Positions 34,568 through 45,556 of a stretch of DNA of 64,000 bases are shown here, in pieces. How positions within the stretch are numbered: the stretch's first letter is position 1; every line of letters begins with the position of its first letter. The DNA comes from an uncultured Actinomycetota bacterium. Its GTDB lineage: Bacteria > Actinomycetota > Actinomycetes > Mycobacteriales > Pseudonocardiaceae. Below the pieces are notes generated by a model. That model saw only the letters and a list, made by a program, of their open reading frames with translations, did not search any database and had not been told where the DNA came from. The stretch lies in assembly GCA_963770115.1 (NCBI GenBank), contig CAVYOT010000008.1, positions 35,717 through 99,716 of the forward strand, given 5' to 3'. The position numbers were made by a program, and so were the translations under genes.

Positions 34568-35772
34568 TCAGCACTGGTCGGCGAAGCAGCGCAGCACGAG
34601 CCCCGTGCGCGGTTTCGGGACGAAGAACGTCGACTTGCGCGGCATGAGCACGCCGCGCGCGGCCAGTTCGAGCACGGTGGCGGTCGGTGTGGGGCGGACG
34701 AGCAGCGCCACGCCGCGGGTGGCCCGCGCCTCCTCGACGGCGGCCGCGACGGAGTGCCGCAGCAGCACCGCCGCCGGATCGGCGACGAGCAGCACGTCGA
34801 CGAGCGCGACATCCAGGTCCCGCCACGCGGCGGGCGTCACGGCCGACGATGCGGGCGCGGTGAGGCGCCTCCAGCGCTCTCCGTCGGTGAGCAGCACGAG
34901 GGACGCAGCGGCGCGGGCCAGCAGCTCCTCGGCAGCGGTCGGGGTGAGCGGGTCCACCGGCGCGCAGTGGAAGTGGCGCACGTCCACCCGGTCGAGTGGG
35001 GTGCCCGGCAGCACGCGGTGGATGGCGCGCACCTGCGGCCCGTGCTCGCCCGTGGGCACGAGCAGCGCGAGCGTGCGCGCCGCGGGGCCCCGACCGAGCC
35101 CGTCCCGCGCCGCGGTGCCCCGGCCGAGTCCGTCCTGCGCGGCGGGTTCAAGGCTGCCCGAGGCGGCGGCCCAGCGGTGGTGGCCGTCGGCGATCACCGC
35201 GCGGCGCTCGGCGAGATCGCCGCGGACGGCCGCCACCTCGCCGGGATCGGCCACGCGCCACAGCCGATGCCGGACGCCTGCGTCGTCGGTGAGGTCGGCG
35301 ACGGGCGCCCGCTCGGCCACGGCCTTCCGCGCCAGCCTGGCCGCCGCACCCGGCGGCCCGTCGTGGGCGAGCACCACCGGCTCCAGGTCGGCGCGGGTGG
35401 CGGCGCGCAGCGCTCGCCGATCGGCGACCATGCCCGCCATCGTGGCCTCGTGCGGGGCGACGACCGGAGGGGGGCGAGCGCAACCGCTCCGATCCACCCG
35501 CGGGTGGGCGGCTGCGGCCCGGGTCCGGCGAGGTCGTAGACGTACAGCGCAGGGCCGCCGTCGACGACGAGCGTGCCGTCGGCCCGCCACGCGGCCAGGC
35601 GCGCGGCGGCGTCGGCGGCGCCGAACGTGGGGAGGGTGAGGTGCACGATGCTGCGCGGATCGGCCGCGGTGAGCCGCGCCCGCTCGGCAGGCTCGACGAG
35701 GTCGTACGCCGGGGCCGTGTACGCCGCGAGGCCCGCCTCATCCGCGTAGTGCGCGGCGACGAACGGCGCCAC
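34568..35772 (-). CDS. DUF1015 family protein (frameshifted; start uncertain)
   Basis: [44 protein letters not shown]. Confidence 0.8.
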
Positions 35773-35809
35773 ATCCAGGCCGCTCGGCCCGCCCGGGCTG
35801 CGAAGGGGG

Positions 35810-38638
35810 TCAGTGGGCGGCGTCGTCCCAGCTCCGCCCGTACCCGACGGACACCTCGAGGGGCACCGACAGCTGCGCCGCGGCCCCCATCTCGCGGCGC
35901 ACGAGCGCCTCGACGGCGTCGCGCTCGCCCTCGGCGACCTCCAGCACCAGCTCGTCGTGCACCTGCAGCAGCATCCGGCTGCGCAGCCCTTCGGCCTGCA
36001 GCGCGCGGTGCACGCCGAGCATCGCGACCTTGATGATGTCGGCGGCGCTCCCCTGGATCGGCGCGTTGAGCGCCATCCGCTCGGCCATCTCGCGGCGCTG
36101 CCGGTTGTCGCTGGTGAGATCGGGCAGGTACCGGCGGCGGCCGAGGATCGTGGCCGTGTAGCCGTCCTTGCGGGCGACGTCGACCACGCTGCGGAGGTAG
36201 TCCCGCACCCCGCCGAAGCCCTTGAAGTACTCGTCCATGAGCGTGCGCGCCTCCTCGGCGGAGATGCGCAGCTGGTTGGACAGGCCGAACGCGGACAGGC
36301 CGTAGGCCAGGCCGTAGTTCATCGCCTTGATCTTGGCGCGCTGGGCGGGCGTGACCGCGATGGGATCCACGGCGAACACGCGCGCGGCCGTTTCGGCGTG
36401 GAAGTCGTGCCGCGAACGGAACGCCTCGATCAGCGCCCCGTCGGCCGAAAGGTGCGCCATGATCCGCATCTCGATCTGGCTGTAGTCGACCGTCATGAGC
36501 TCGGCGTAGCCGGGGCCGACGATGAAGGTCTCCCGGATCCGGCGGCCTGCCGCCGTGCGGATCGGCACGTTCTGCAGGTTGGGTTCGGTGGACGACAGCC
36601 GCCCGGTGGCCGCGATCGTCTGGCTGTAGGTGGTGTGGATCCGCCCGTCGTCGGCGACGGACTTGAGCAGCCCCTCCACGGTGACCTTGAGCCGCGTGGC
36701 GTCGCGGTGGGTGAGCAGGTGGGAGAGGAACTCGTGGCCGGTCTGCTCGAAGAGCGTCTGCAGCGCATCGGCGTCGGTGGTGTAGCCGGTCTTGGTGCGC
36801 TTCGTCTTGGGCATGCCCAGCTCGTCGAACAGCACGACCTGCAGCTGCTTCGGCGAGCCCAGGTTGATCTCCTTGCCGATCACGGCGTAGGCATCTTGGG
36901 CGGCCTGCTTCACCTGCGCGGCGAACTCGGCCTCCAGCGAGGAGAGCAGGTCGTGGTCGACGGCGATGCCCGCGGTCTCCAGATCGGCGAGCACGTACTC
37001 CAGCGGCAGCTCCAGCCCGGCCAGGAGCTCGGTGCCCGCCTTCTCGGCCAGCTCGGTGTCGAGCGCATCGGCCAGCTCGGCCACCGCGGACGCCGCGACC
37101 ATCTGCGCGGAGGCCCGCTGGGCGCGGGCCTCCTCTTCGCCGCCGCGCGGAGCATCAGCGGAAAGCGAATCAACGCCGAGGAGCGACAGCTGCCCGCTCT
37201 CGTCCTCGCCGGACAGCCGCAGCTCCCGGCGCAGGTAGCGCAGCGCGAGATCGGCGAGGTCGAAGCTGCGCTGGCCGGGGCGGGTGAGGTAGGCAGCGAG
37301 CGCGGTGTCGCTGGTGAGCCCCGCGAGCGTCCAGCCGCGGCCGCGCAGCGCGTGCAGCGCGGCTTTGACGTCGTGCGCGGCCTTCGGCACGGCGGGATCG
37401 GCGAGCCACTCCCCCAGCGCCGCCTCGTCATCAGGGGTGAGCGCGGCGACCTCGACGTAGCCCGCCTGCGGCACGCCCGCCGTTGCGCCCGCCGCCCGCG
37501 CCTCGACCGACGGCTCGCCGGTGGCAAGGCCGATGCCGGTGAGGTCGGCGGAAGCCGCGCTGCCAGTGACGCCGTGGAAGGCCAGCCCGACCCGGCGCCC
37601 GTCGCGCGCGTGCTCGTCGAGCCACGCCCGCAGCGCCCCCTCCGGGATCGCGCCGCCCTGCACCTCGATGCCGCCCTCGGCCTCGGGCTCCGCGCTCTGC
37701 AGCGTGGCGAACAGGCGCTCGCGCAGGACCCGGAACTCCAGCTCGTCGAAGAGGCGGTGCACCGCATCGCGGTTCCACGGCCGCACGACGAGATCGGCGG
37801 GCTCGGCCTCCAGCGGTACGTCGCGCACCAGCTCGGTGAGCTGCCGGTTGAGCAGCACGCTCGCCAGGTGGGCACGCAGCGCATCGCCCGCCTTGCCCTT
37901 CACCTCGTCCACCCGGTCGGTGAGCTCGGCGAGCGACCCGAACTCGCGCACCCACTTCGCGGCCGTCTTCTCCCCGACGCCCGGGATGGAGGGCAGGTTG
38001 TCGGAGGGGTCGCCGCGCAGCGCCGCGAAATCCGGGTACTGCGCAGGCGTGAGCCCGTAGCGGGCCATCACCGCATCGGGATCGATCCGGCCGAGCTCGG
38101 ACACCCCGCGCGTGGGGTAGAGCACGGTGACGTTCTCGCTGACCAGCTGGAACGCGTCGCGGTCGCCGGTGGTGATGAGCACCTGGTAGCCCTCGGCCTC
38201 GGCCTGCGTCGCGAGGGTGGCGATGAGGTCGTCCGCCTCGAAGCCGGGCACGCCGAAATCCGGGATGGCGAGGGCACGCAGGACCTCCTTGATGAGATCC
38301 ACCTGGCCGCGGAAATCGTCGGGCGTCGTGGTGCGGTTGGCTTTGTACGCGACGAAGCGCTCCGACCGGAACGTCTGCCGCGAGACGTCGAAGCACACGG
38401 CGAGGTGGGTGGGCTGCTCGTCGCGCAGCAGGTTGATGAGCATGGCTGTGAAGCCGTACACCGCGTTGGTGGTCTGCCCGGTGCCGGTGCGGAAGTTCTC
38501 CGCCGGCAGGGCGAAGAAGGCCCGGTAGGCGAGCGAGTGCCCGTCGAGCAGGAGAAGCCGACGCCCGGTGGAGGGCGGCGGCGCGGCGGCTGCTGCTGCG
38601 GCTGCGGCGGTGGCTGGGGTACGGGTGGCGGGGCTCAT
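35810..38638 (-). CDS. polA: DNA polymerase I
   Basis: LLDGHSLAYRAFFA, EADD, GDPSDN, ATGRLSS, DYSQIE, KAMNYGLAYG, NAPIQG, QVHDEL. Confidence 0.98.
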   Translation of the reverse strand: MSPATRTPATAAAAAAAAAPPPSTGRRLLLLDGHSLAYRAFFALPAENFRTGTGQTTNAVYGFTAMLINLLRDEQPTHLAVCFDVSRQTFRSERFVAYKANRTTTPDDFRGQVDLIKEVLRALAIPDFGVPGFEADDLIATLATQAEAEGYQVLITTGDRDAFQLVSENVTVLYPTRGVSELGRIDPDAVMARYGLTPAQYPDFAALRGDPSDNLPSIPGVGEKTAAKWVREFGSLAELTDRVDEVKGKAGDALRAHLASVLLNRQLTELVRDVPLEAEPADLVVRPWNRDAVHRLFDELEFRVLRERLFATLQSAEPEAEGGIEVQGGAIPEGALRAWLDEHARDGRRVGLAFHGVTGSAASADLTGIGLATGEPSVEARAAGATAGVPQAGYVEVAALTPDDEAALGEWLADPAVPKAAHDVKAALHALRGRGWTLAGLTSDTALAAYLTRPGQRSFDLADLALRYLRRELRLSGEDESGQLSLLGVDSLSADAPRGGEEEARAQRASAQMVAASAVAELADALDTELAEKAGTELLAGLELPLEYVLADLETAGIAVDHDLLSSLEAEFAAQVKQAAQDAYAVIGKEINLGSPKQLQVVLFDELGMPKTKRTKTGYTTDADALQTLFEQTGHEFLSHLLTHRDATRLKVTVEGLLKSVADDGRIHTTYSQTIAATGRLSSTEPNLQNVPIRTAAGRRIRETFIVGPGYAELMTVDYSQIEMRIMAHLSADGALIEAFRSRHDFHAETAARVFAVDPIAVTPAQRAKIKAMNYGLAYGLSAFGLSNQLRISAEEARTLMDEYFKGFGGVRDYLRSVVDVARKDGYTATILGRRRYLPDLTSDNRQRREMAERMALNAPIQGSAADIIKVAMLGVHRALQAEGLRSRMLLQVHDELVLEVAEGERDAVEALVRREMGAAAQLSVPLEVSVGYGRSWDDAAH

Positions 38639-38646
38639 CGAGGGCG

Positions 38647-38668
38647 AGTCTAGGACCGGCCTCCGACA
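38647..38668 (-). promoter_or_regulatory. RecA-NDp (PafBC-type) DNA-damage promoter of polA
   Basis: Minus strand TGTCGG-aggccggtcc-TAGACT matches TGTCGG-N10-TANNNT, 8 nt before the ATG. Confidence 0.8.
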
Positions 38669-38701
38669 ATTCCTGGCGCGGCCGCAGATGCGCCCCTGCG
38701 G

Positions 38702-39184
38702 TCAGTGGACGCGCTGCATCCGGACCAGCTCGACGCCCGCGGCGTCGCGCACCGTCGTCGTCGCCCGGTAGCCCGCTGCCGCGTAGAGGCGCTGGTTGTC
38801 TTCGCTCGCCGCGCCCGTCACGAGCCAGGTCGCGGTCACCGCCGCGGGCGCCGCCGCGTGCACCGCGGCCAGCAGCGCGCGACCGACCCCGCGGCCCTGG
38901 ACGTCCGGGGCGACGGAGAGCCGGGCGACCTCCATCGCCGCTCCGGCGACCCGCCCGCGTACCGAGCCGACCAGCCGGGCACCGAGCCACGCGCCGACCG
39001 CGATCGCGTCCGGACGGCCGAGGTCGGAGCGGAGCTCCTCGAGCGTTTCCCGCAGCGGCGGGATGTTCGGCGCCGCGTAGCGTTGGGCCTCGGTGACATA
39101 GGCGGCGCGCTGCACGGTGAGCACCTCACCGGCGTCGGACGGGCGCAGCGGGGCGATCCGCATCGTGTCGTCGGGGCCGGGCAC
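38702..39184 (-). CDS. GNAT family N-acetyltransferase
   Basis: [37 protein letters not shown]. Confidence 0.88.
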   Translation of the reverse strand: MPGPDDTMRIAPLRPSDAGEVLTVQRAAYVTEAQRYAAPNIPPLRETLEELRSDLGRPDAIAVGAWLGARLVGSVRGRVAGAAMEVARLSVAPDVQGRGVGRALLAAVHAAAPAAVTATWLVTGAASEDNQRLYAAAGYRATTTVRDAAGVELVRMQRVH

Positions 39185-39336
39185 GCCGGGAACCCTACGG
39201 CCGCCCAGCCCGTTGCCACCGTGGAGAGCGGGTCGAGATTGTCCGTTTATGCTCAGCCGCGCTCGGCTCGGACCAGGGGGGACGGGCCGCGAACACTCAG
39301 GGGGGACAAGCCCCCCGCGACAGATGGAGAGCAGTC

Positions 39337-39913
39337 GTGAGCGTCAGCCTCACCAAGGGTGGAAACGTCAGCCTGACCAAGGAGGCCCCCGGCCTCACCA
39401 ACGTGATCGTCGGCTTGGGCTGGGACGTCCGCACCACCACCGGCACGGAGTTCGACCTCGACGCCTCGGCGATTGTCATCGGGGCCGATGGCAAGGTGGT
39501 TTCCGACAAGCACTTCGTCTTCTTCAACAACCTCACCAGCCCCGACGGCACCGTCGAGCACACCGGCGACAACCTCACCGGCGAGGGTGAGGGCGACGAC
39601 GAGCAGGTCAAGGTCAACCTCGCGGGGCTGGGCGCCGGAGGCCGACAAGGTGGTGTTCCCGGTGAGCATCTACGACGCCGACGCCCGCTCGCAGAGCTTC
39701 GGCCAGGTGCGCAACGCGTTCATCCGCGTGGTCAACGCCGCCGACCAGAAGGAGCTGGCGCGCTACGACCTCACCGAGGACGCCTCCACCGAGACCGCCA
39801 TGGTGTTCGGCGAGCTCTACCGCAACGGCGCCGACTGGAAGTTCCGCGCCATCGGCCAGGGCTACGCGTCGGGCCTCTCGGGCATCGCCCGGGACTACGG
39901 CGTCAACGTCTGA
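39337..39913 (+). CDS. terD: TerD-family stress protein (frameshift near 39630)
   Basis: [40 protein letters not shown] | [30 protein letters not shown]. Confidence 0.93.
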
Positions 39914-39923
39914 GCGCCTCGCC

Positions 39924-40595
39924 ATGGCCATCGACTACACCAAGCGGCCCGGGGCGAGCCCTCCGGCCGCAGGTGGCGTGTCGCTGTCGAAGGTCACGCT
40001 GACCAAGTCGGCACCCAGCGTCTCGCTCACCAAGCGCGGCGCCGTCGGCGGACAGCTGCGGGTCAACCTGCAGTGGAGCGCGGGCGCTCCGCAGCGCAAG
40101 GGCCTGTTCGGCCGGGTCAGCGGCGGGGGCGGGATCGACCTCGACCTCGCCTGCCTGTGGGAGTTCACCGACGGCACCAAGGGCGTCGTCCAGGCGCTGG
40201 GCAACGCGTTCCAGGCCCCGTACCGGGGGGCGCCGATCATCCGGCTCGACGGTGACGACCGCTCCGGCAGCAGCGCCGGGGGCGAGAACATGTTCATCGA
40301 CCTGTCCCGGGTGGACGAGATCCGCCGGATCCTCGTGTTCGCGTTCATCTACGAGGGCGTGCCCAACTGGGCCAGCGCCGACGGCGTCGTCACGCTCTTC
40401 CCGACGAACAGCCCGGAGATCGAGGTCCGGCTGGACGAGTCCGACACCAGCTCCCCCACCTGCGCGATCGCCATGCTGGAGAACCAGGGCGGCGACCTCG
40501 TCGTGCGGCGGGAGGTCCGCTACATCCAGGGTGGGCAGGCCGACCTCGACCGGGCCTACGGCTGGGGCATGGAGTGGACGCGCGGTCGGAAGTAG
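39924..40595 (+). CDS. TerA-like (TerD superfamily) tellurium-resistance protein
   Basis: [55 protein letters not shown]. Confidence 0.85.
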   Translation: MAIDYTKRPGASPPAAGGVSLSKVTLTKSAPSVSLTKRGAVGGQLRVNLQWSAGAPQRKGLFGRVSGGGGIDLDLACLWEFTDGTKGVVQALGNAFQAPYRGAPIIRLDGDDRSGSSAGGENMFIDLSRVDEIRRILVFAFIYEGVPNWASADGVVTLFPTNSPEIEVRLDESDTSSPTCAIAMLENQGGDLVVRREVRYIQGGQADLDRAYGWGMEWTRGRK

Positions 40596-40611
40596 CGGGA
40601 ACGGCGGCCCG

Positions 40612-41775
40612 ATGCGCCATTTCGGCTACCTGAGCGCGGCGCAGTCCGCCGCTCTGTTCGAGCGGCCACCGGAGCGGTTCGACCGCGGCAGCGGCACCGA
40701 ACTGCTCTCGGTGGCGCTCGGCGCCACCCTCTACATGCCCGCCGACCGGCCCGCGCTGATCGCCGACATCACCAAGCAGGCCGCGGCCGGGGTCACCTCG
40801 GTCGTGGTCTGTCTGGAGGACGCGATCGCCGACGAGCAGGTCACCGAGGCCGAGGACAACCTGGTCGAGGTCCTCTCGGCCCTGCACGCCGAGCCGCCCG
40901 ACGAGCTGCCGCTGCTGTTCGTCCGCGTGCGTGAGTCCGCGCAGATCCGCACGCTCATGAAGCGGCTGGGTGCGGCGGCGCACATCCTCGACGGGTTCGT
41001 GCTGCCGAAGTTCACCGCGGCCAGCGGCACCGAGTACCTGTTGGCGCTCGAGGCGGCCGAACGCGAGGCGGGCACGTCGCTGCTGGCCATGCCGGTGATC
41101 GAGTCCGGCGCGGTGCTGTACGCGGAGACGCGGGTCGACGAGCTCACCCGCCTGCGCGCGCTCCTGCACCGCGACCGGCGGCGCATCCTCGCCGTGCGCA
41201 TCGGCGCCACGGACCTCTGCGCGCTCTACGGCCTCCGGCGCTCGCCGGAGCTGTCCATCTACGACATCAAGGTGGTGTCCGGGCTCATCGGCGACGTCGT
41301 CAACGTGCTCGGCCGCACCGACGGCACCGGCTTCACTGTGGCCGGGCCGGTCTGGGAGTACTACGGCGGTCCCGCGCGGATCTTCAAGCCGCAGCTTCGG
41401 CAGTCCCCCTTCGACGAGCACGACGCCCGCCACCTGCGCGGCGAGCTCGTCTCCCGCGCGATCGACGGCCTGATCCGCGAGGTCTTGCTGGACCAGGCCA
41501 ACGGTCTCACCGGGAAGACCGCGATCCACCCGGGGCACGTCGCCATCGTCAACGCCCTTTCGGTCGTGTCCGCCGAGGAGTACCGCGACGCGCGCGACCT
41601 GGTCGGCGCGGGCCGGGCCAGCGGCGTGATGGCGTCCGGGCACGGCAACAAGATGAACGAGATCCGCCCGCACCTGTCCTGGGCGCGGCGGACGATGCTG
41701 CGCGCACGGGTGTTCGGGGTGGCCGCCGACGGCGTGTCGTTCGTCGACCTGCTCACCGCGAGCCGTCCGCGGTGA
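40612..41775 (+). CDS. Ter-associated HpcH/HpaI aldolase / citrate lyase-like protein
   Basis: ALGATLYMPA, CLEDAI, FVRVR, LPKF, VRIGATD, GPVWEY, GKTAIHP, KMNE. Confidence 0.88.
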   Translation: MRHFGYLSAAQSAALFERPPERFDRGSGTELLSVALGATLYMPADRPALIADITKQAAAGVTSVVVCLEDAIADEQVTEAEDNLVEVLSALHAEPPDELPLLFVRVRESAQIRTLMKRLGAAAHILDGFVLPKFTAASGTEYLLALEAAEREAGTSLLAMPVIESGAVLYAETRVDELTRLRALLHRDRRRILAVRIGATDLCALYGLRRSPELSIYDIKVVSGLIGDVVNVLGRTDGTGFTVAGPVWEYYGGPARIFKPQLRQSPFDEHDARHLRGELVSRAIDGLIREVLLDQANGLTGKTAIHPGHVAIVNALSVVSAEEYRDARDLVGAGRASGVMASGHGNKMNEIRPHLSWARRTMLRARVFGVAADGVSFVDLLTASRPR

Positions 41776-43110
41776 GAGCTGTGCCTGTCGCGCCCGGCAC
41801 GACCGTCGAGCGGCTCGGTTTCCGGTTGCGCACCCGGGACGCGGGCCCCGACCCGCGGGTCCTGCTCGGGCTCGCGCTGCGCGACAACCCGCGCCGGGCG
41901 CAGCTGCTGGTCTCCCGCGTGCTTGGCAAGCACATCCCCGCCGAACCCCGGCTCGTCCATGCGGCCGGACTGCTGTTGGGGGGTCTGGTCGCGGACACGC
42001 TGGCCGGGCGTCCGCCGAGGGGCCTGCCGGTCGACGCGCTGCATGCTGCCGTCCGCGGTGAAGCGGGGGCGGCCGCGGCCGTGTACGCGGCGGTCCGACG
42101 CGAGCCTGCTGCTCGACTCCTTGGGGCGCTCGACACGCTGGTGCTCGGGTTCGCCGAGACGGCCACGGCGCTCGGCCACTGCGTCGCCGAGGCGCTCGGC
42201 GGCGTCGACTACCTGCACTCGACACGGCGTCCGGCGCCGGTCGTCGCCGTGGTCGGCGGGTTCAGCGAGGAACACACCCACCACACCGAGCACCGGTTGT
42301 TGCCGTCCGACCCGACCCTGCTCACCCGGTCGCGCCCGCTCGTGCTCGTCGACGACGAGCTGTCCACCGGCCGCACCGCGCTGAACACGATCGTGGCGCT
42401 GCACCGGCTGGCGCCGCGGGAGCGCTACGTCCTCGCCGCGCTGGTCGACGTCCGCGAGGGCGCGCTCACCGGCCTTCCCGACGGCGTGCGCGTCGACGTC
42501 GTGTCGCTCGCCCGCGCCGGTGAGCCTGCCCGTGGACATCGCGGAGCGCGCCGCGGCCCTGCGGGCGGAGCTCGCGGCCCCCACCACGCCGCGGGCCGTC
42601 CCCGTGGATCCGCCGCACGCGCGGGTCGCGCTCGCCGACCTGGGCTGGCCCGCCGGGCTGCCCGCGGGCGGACGGCACGGGTTCACCGCCGCGCACCATC
42701 GCACGCTGGCGCAGGTACTGCCCAGCCTCGTGGCGCGGCTGGAGCGGGCGGCCGACGTCCGGGCGGGCGATGACCTGGTGCTCGGCACCGAGGAGCTGAT
42801 GTACGCTCCCCTTGCGCCTCGCGGCCGCGCTGGCCGAGGCCGGACACCACGTCGTCTTCTCCACCACCACGCGATCGCCGGCGCTCGTCGTCGACGAGCC
42901 GGGCTACGCGCTCACCAGCGGCATCACCTTCCCCACCCACGACGACCCCGCCGACGGGCCCGGCCCGCGGTTCGCGTACAACGTCGCCGGGCCGTGGGAC
43001 CACGTGCTCGTGGTCGTCGACCCGCCGCCGACACCCCCGCGCTGCGCGGCGGGCTGCTCGCCGCACTGGCTCCGCACACCCGCCGCACGACGGTGGTGGT
43101 CACACCATGA
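41772..43110 (+). CDS. Ter-associated phosphoribosyltransferase with TRSP-like C-terminal domain (frameshifts)
   Basis: RDNPRRAQLLVSRVLGKHIP, GFAETATALG, LHSTR, FSEEHTH, LVDDELSTGRT | LGTEELMY, FSTTTRSP. Confidence 0.82.
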
Positions 43111-44274
43111 GCACCCCCGCGCCGCTGCGCGGGCCGGCGTTCGGCAGCTACGCCCCCGACGAGGTCGCCTGGTTGCTCACCGACCTGTCCGACGTCGCGC
43201 TCGAGGCGCCGACCGAGGAACGCGAGGAGGCGATCCAGACCGGCGGCGCGCACTACGCGGAGTCGCTGCCGATCGAGTACCAGCCCGACGCCGCCTACCG
43301 GCGGCTGTTCGAGCAGGCGCTCGCGGCCTCGGCGCCGACGGATCGCGCATGCGGTCGGCGTCGTCACCGAGCTGGTCCTCGCCGAACGCGGGCCGCGAGC
43401 CGTGCTGGCCTCGCTCGCGCGGGCCGGCACGCCGATCGGCATCCTGCATGCGCCGCTGGGCGCAGCTCGCGCACGGCCTCGACGCTCGCCGCACTACGCG
43501 GTGTCGCATCGTGCGCGGCCGCGGCATCGACACCGTCGCGCTGCGCTACCTCGCCGCGCATCACGACCCGGCCGACGTCGTGTTCGTCGACGGCTGGACC
43601 GGCAAGGGCGCGATCGCCCGCGAGCTGCGGCCGCGATCGAGCTGCGAATGCGAACTGGCACCCGGCTTCGACGCCGAGCTCGCGGTGCTCGCCGACCCCG
43701 GATCGTGCGTCGCACGTTCGGCACCCGCGACGACTTCCTGGTCGCCCTCGGCCTGCTGAACTCGACGGTGTCCGGGCTGGTGTCGCGCACCGTGCTGAAC
43801 CGAGTCATCCGGCGCCGGGACAGTTCCACGGCGCGAAGTTCTACCGCGAGCTGGCCGCCGCCGACGTCTCGGCGGTGTTCGTCGACGCCGTCAGCGACCG
43901 GTTCGCCGCGGTCGCCGACGCGGTGGCGCCGAGGACTGGCCGCGCCGTCAGCAGGCGGACCGCGCACCGACCTGGGCCGGCTGGGCCGCGGTCGAGCGCA
44001 TCAGCGCGCGAGTACGGCATCGGCGACGTCAACCTGGTCAAGCCGGGCGTGGGGGAGACGACGCGGGTGCTGCTGCGCCGCGTGCCGTGGCTGGTGCTCG
44101 TGCGCGGCGGACGCGGCCGCCGATCTCGCGCACGTCCGGCTGCTCGCCGCGCAGCGCGGCGTCCCGGTGCGAGGAGGTGCCCGACCTCGCCTACAGCTGC
44201 GTCGGGCTGATCCACCCGCGCTTCACCCGCGGCGCGACCGGCGCCGACGGGCTCGCCGTGCGGATCGCCGATGA
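43107..44274 (+). CDS. StiP-like cysteine protease / PRTase-like protein with PELOTA-like RNA-binding domain (many frameshifts)
   Basis: FGSYAPDEVAWLL, HYAESLPIEYQP, SLARAGTPIG, FVDGWTGKGAI, LNSTVSGLVSR, NLVKPGVGETTRVLLRR. Confidence 0.8.
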
Positions 44275-44284
44275 TCGTCGGCCG

Positions 44285-45121
44285 GTGCTGGTCGGCGCCG
44301 ATCTCGACCGCACCCTGATCTACTCCGCGGCCGCGCTCGACCTGCGGGGCCCCGACGCGGACGCGCCGCGGCTGCTGTGCGTCGAGTTCCACCGCGGCGC
44401 GCCGCTCTCGTACCTCACCGAGACCGCGGCGGGCCTGTTGCGCGCCCTGCACCGCCGCGCGGTCGTCGTCCCGAGCACCACGCGCACACCGGAGCAGCTC
44501 GCCAGGGTGCGCCTGCCGGGCCCCCGTGCGCGCTACGCGATCGCGAGCAACGGCGGGCACCTGCTCGTCGACGGCGTCCCCGACCGCGGATGGACGGCGT
44601 TGGTGGCCGCCCGGCTGCGAGGATGCGCGCCCCTGGCCGAGGTCGAGGCCCACCTGCGGGCGTCGGCGGCCCCGTTCGTGCTGGCGCAGCGGGTGGCGGG
44701 GGATCTCTTCGCCTACGCCGTCGTCGAGCGCGCCGCGCTGCCCGACGGCTGGGTCGACGCCCTCGCGGCCTGGTGCGCGCCGCGCGGATGGACGGTGTCG
44801 CTGCAGGGCCGCAAGGTCTACGCGGTGCCCCGCCCGCTGACGAAGGCGGCGGCGGCCGCCGAGATCCGTGAACGGGTCGGCGGCGGGCCGCTGCTGGCGG
44901 CCGGGGACTCCCTGCTCGATGCCGACCTGCTCGACGCGGCCGACGTCGCGATCCGCCCCGCCCACGGCGAGCTGGCCGAGGCGGGCTTCACCCGAGACCA
45001 CCTGACCGTCACGGCCACCACAGGGGTGCGGGCAGGCGAGGAGATGCTGGCGTGGATGCACGCCCGCGTGAGCGAGTACGAGGAAAGGACGACGCCGTCA
45101 TGGCGCTGTGGGACCAGCTGA
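44285..45121 (+). CDS. HAD-family hydrolase (Ter-associated)
   Basis: ADLDRTLIYS, PSTTRT, SNGG, SLQGRKVY, AAGDSLLD; both boundaries uncertain. Confidence 0.85.
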   Translation: MLVGADLDRTLIYSAAALDLRGPDADAPRLLCVEFHRGAPLSYLTETAAGLLRALHRRAVVVPSTTRTPEQLARVRLPGPRARYAIASNGGHLLVDGVPDRGWTALVAARLRGCAPLAEVEAHLRASAAPFVLAQRVAGDLFAYAVVERAALPDGWVDALAAWCAPRGWTVSLQGRKVYAVPRPLTKAAAAAEIRERVGGGPLLAAGDSLLDADLLDAADVAIRPAHGELAEAGFTRDHLTVTATTGVRAGEEMLAWMHARVSEYEERTTPSWRCGTS

Positions 45122-45556
45122 AGAGCCGCCTGACCGACCTGCAGAGCAACACGAAGACGCAGGTCGGGAAGCACAAGAGCAAGGACTCTCGCGAAGGCAA
45201 GCATGGCCATGTGTGCGCTGATCGCCGCCGCGGACGGCACGATCTCGCCCGAGGAGCGCCGCAAGACCGCGGCGTTCATCGGCAGCAACGACGCGCTGTC
45301 GGTATTCGACCCGAGCGAGCTGCAGCAGCACTTCGAGTTCTACTCGTCCAAGCTGGAGCGCGACTACGACTTCGGCAAGGTCGAGGCCATCGCGACGATC
45401 GGCAAGCTGAAGAACAAGCCCGAGGCCGCGCGGGCGGTGATCCAGGTGGGCATCATCATCGGCGGCGCCGACGGCAACTTCGACAAGCACGAGCAGCAGG
45501 CCGTCCGCGAGGTCTGCGACGCGGTGGGCATCCCGCCCGCCGAGTTCGACCTCTAG
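45100..45556 (+). CDS. terB: TerB-family protein (frameshift near 45190)
   Basis: GGAAAGGA RBS; MALWDQLK | AMCALIAAADGTISPEE...IGGADGNFDKHE. Confidence 0.88.

Noticed and set aside
28667-38653. Very long antisense or alternative-frame ORFs (e.g. 28667..31681, 35813..38653, 7346..9994, 3012..4994)
   Set aside because: Shadow ORFs of real genes in very high-GC DNA; Arg/Gly/Ala-rich with no recognisable motifs
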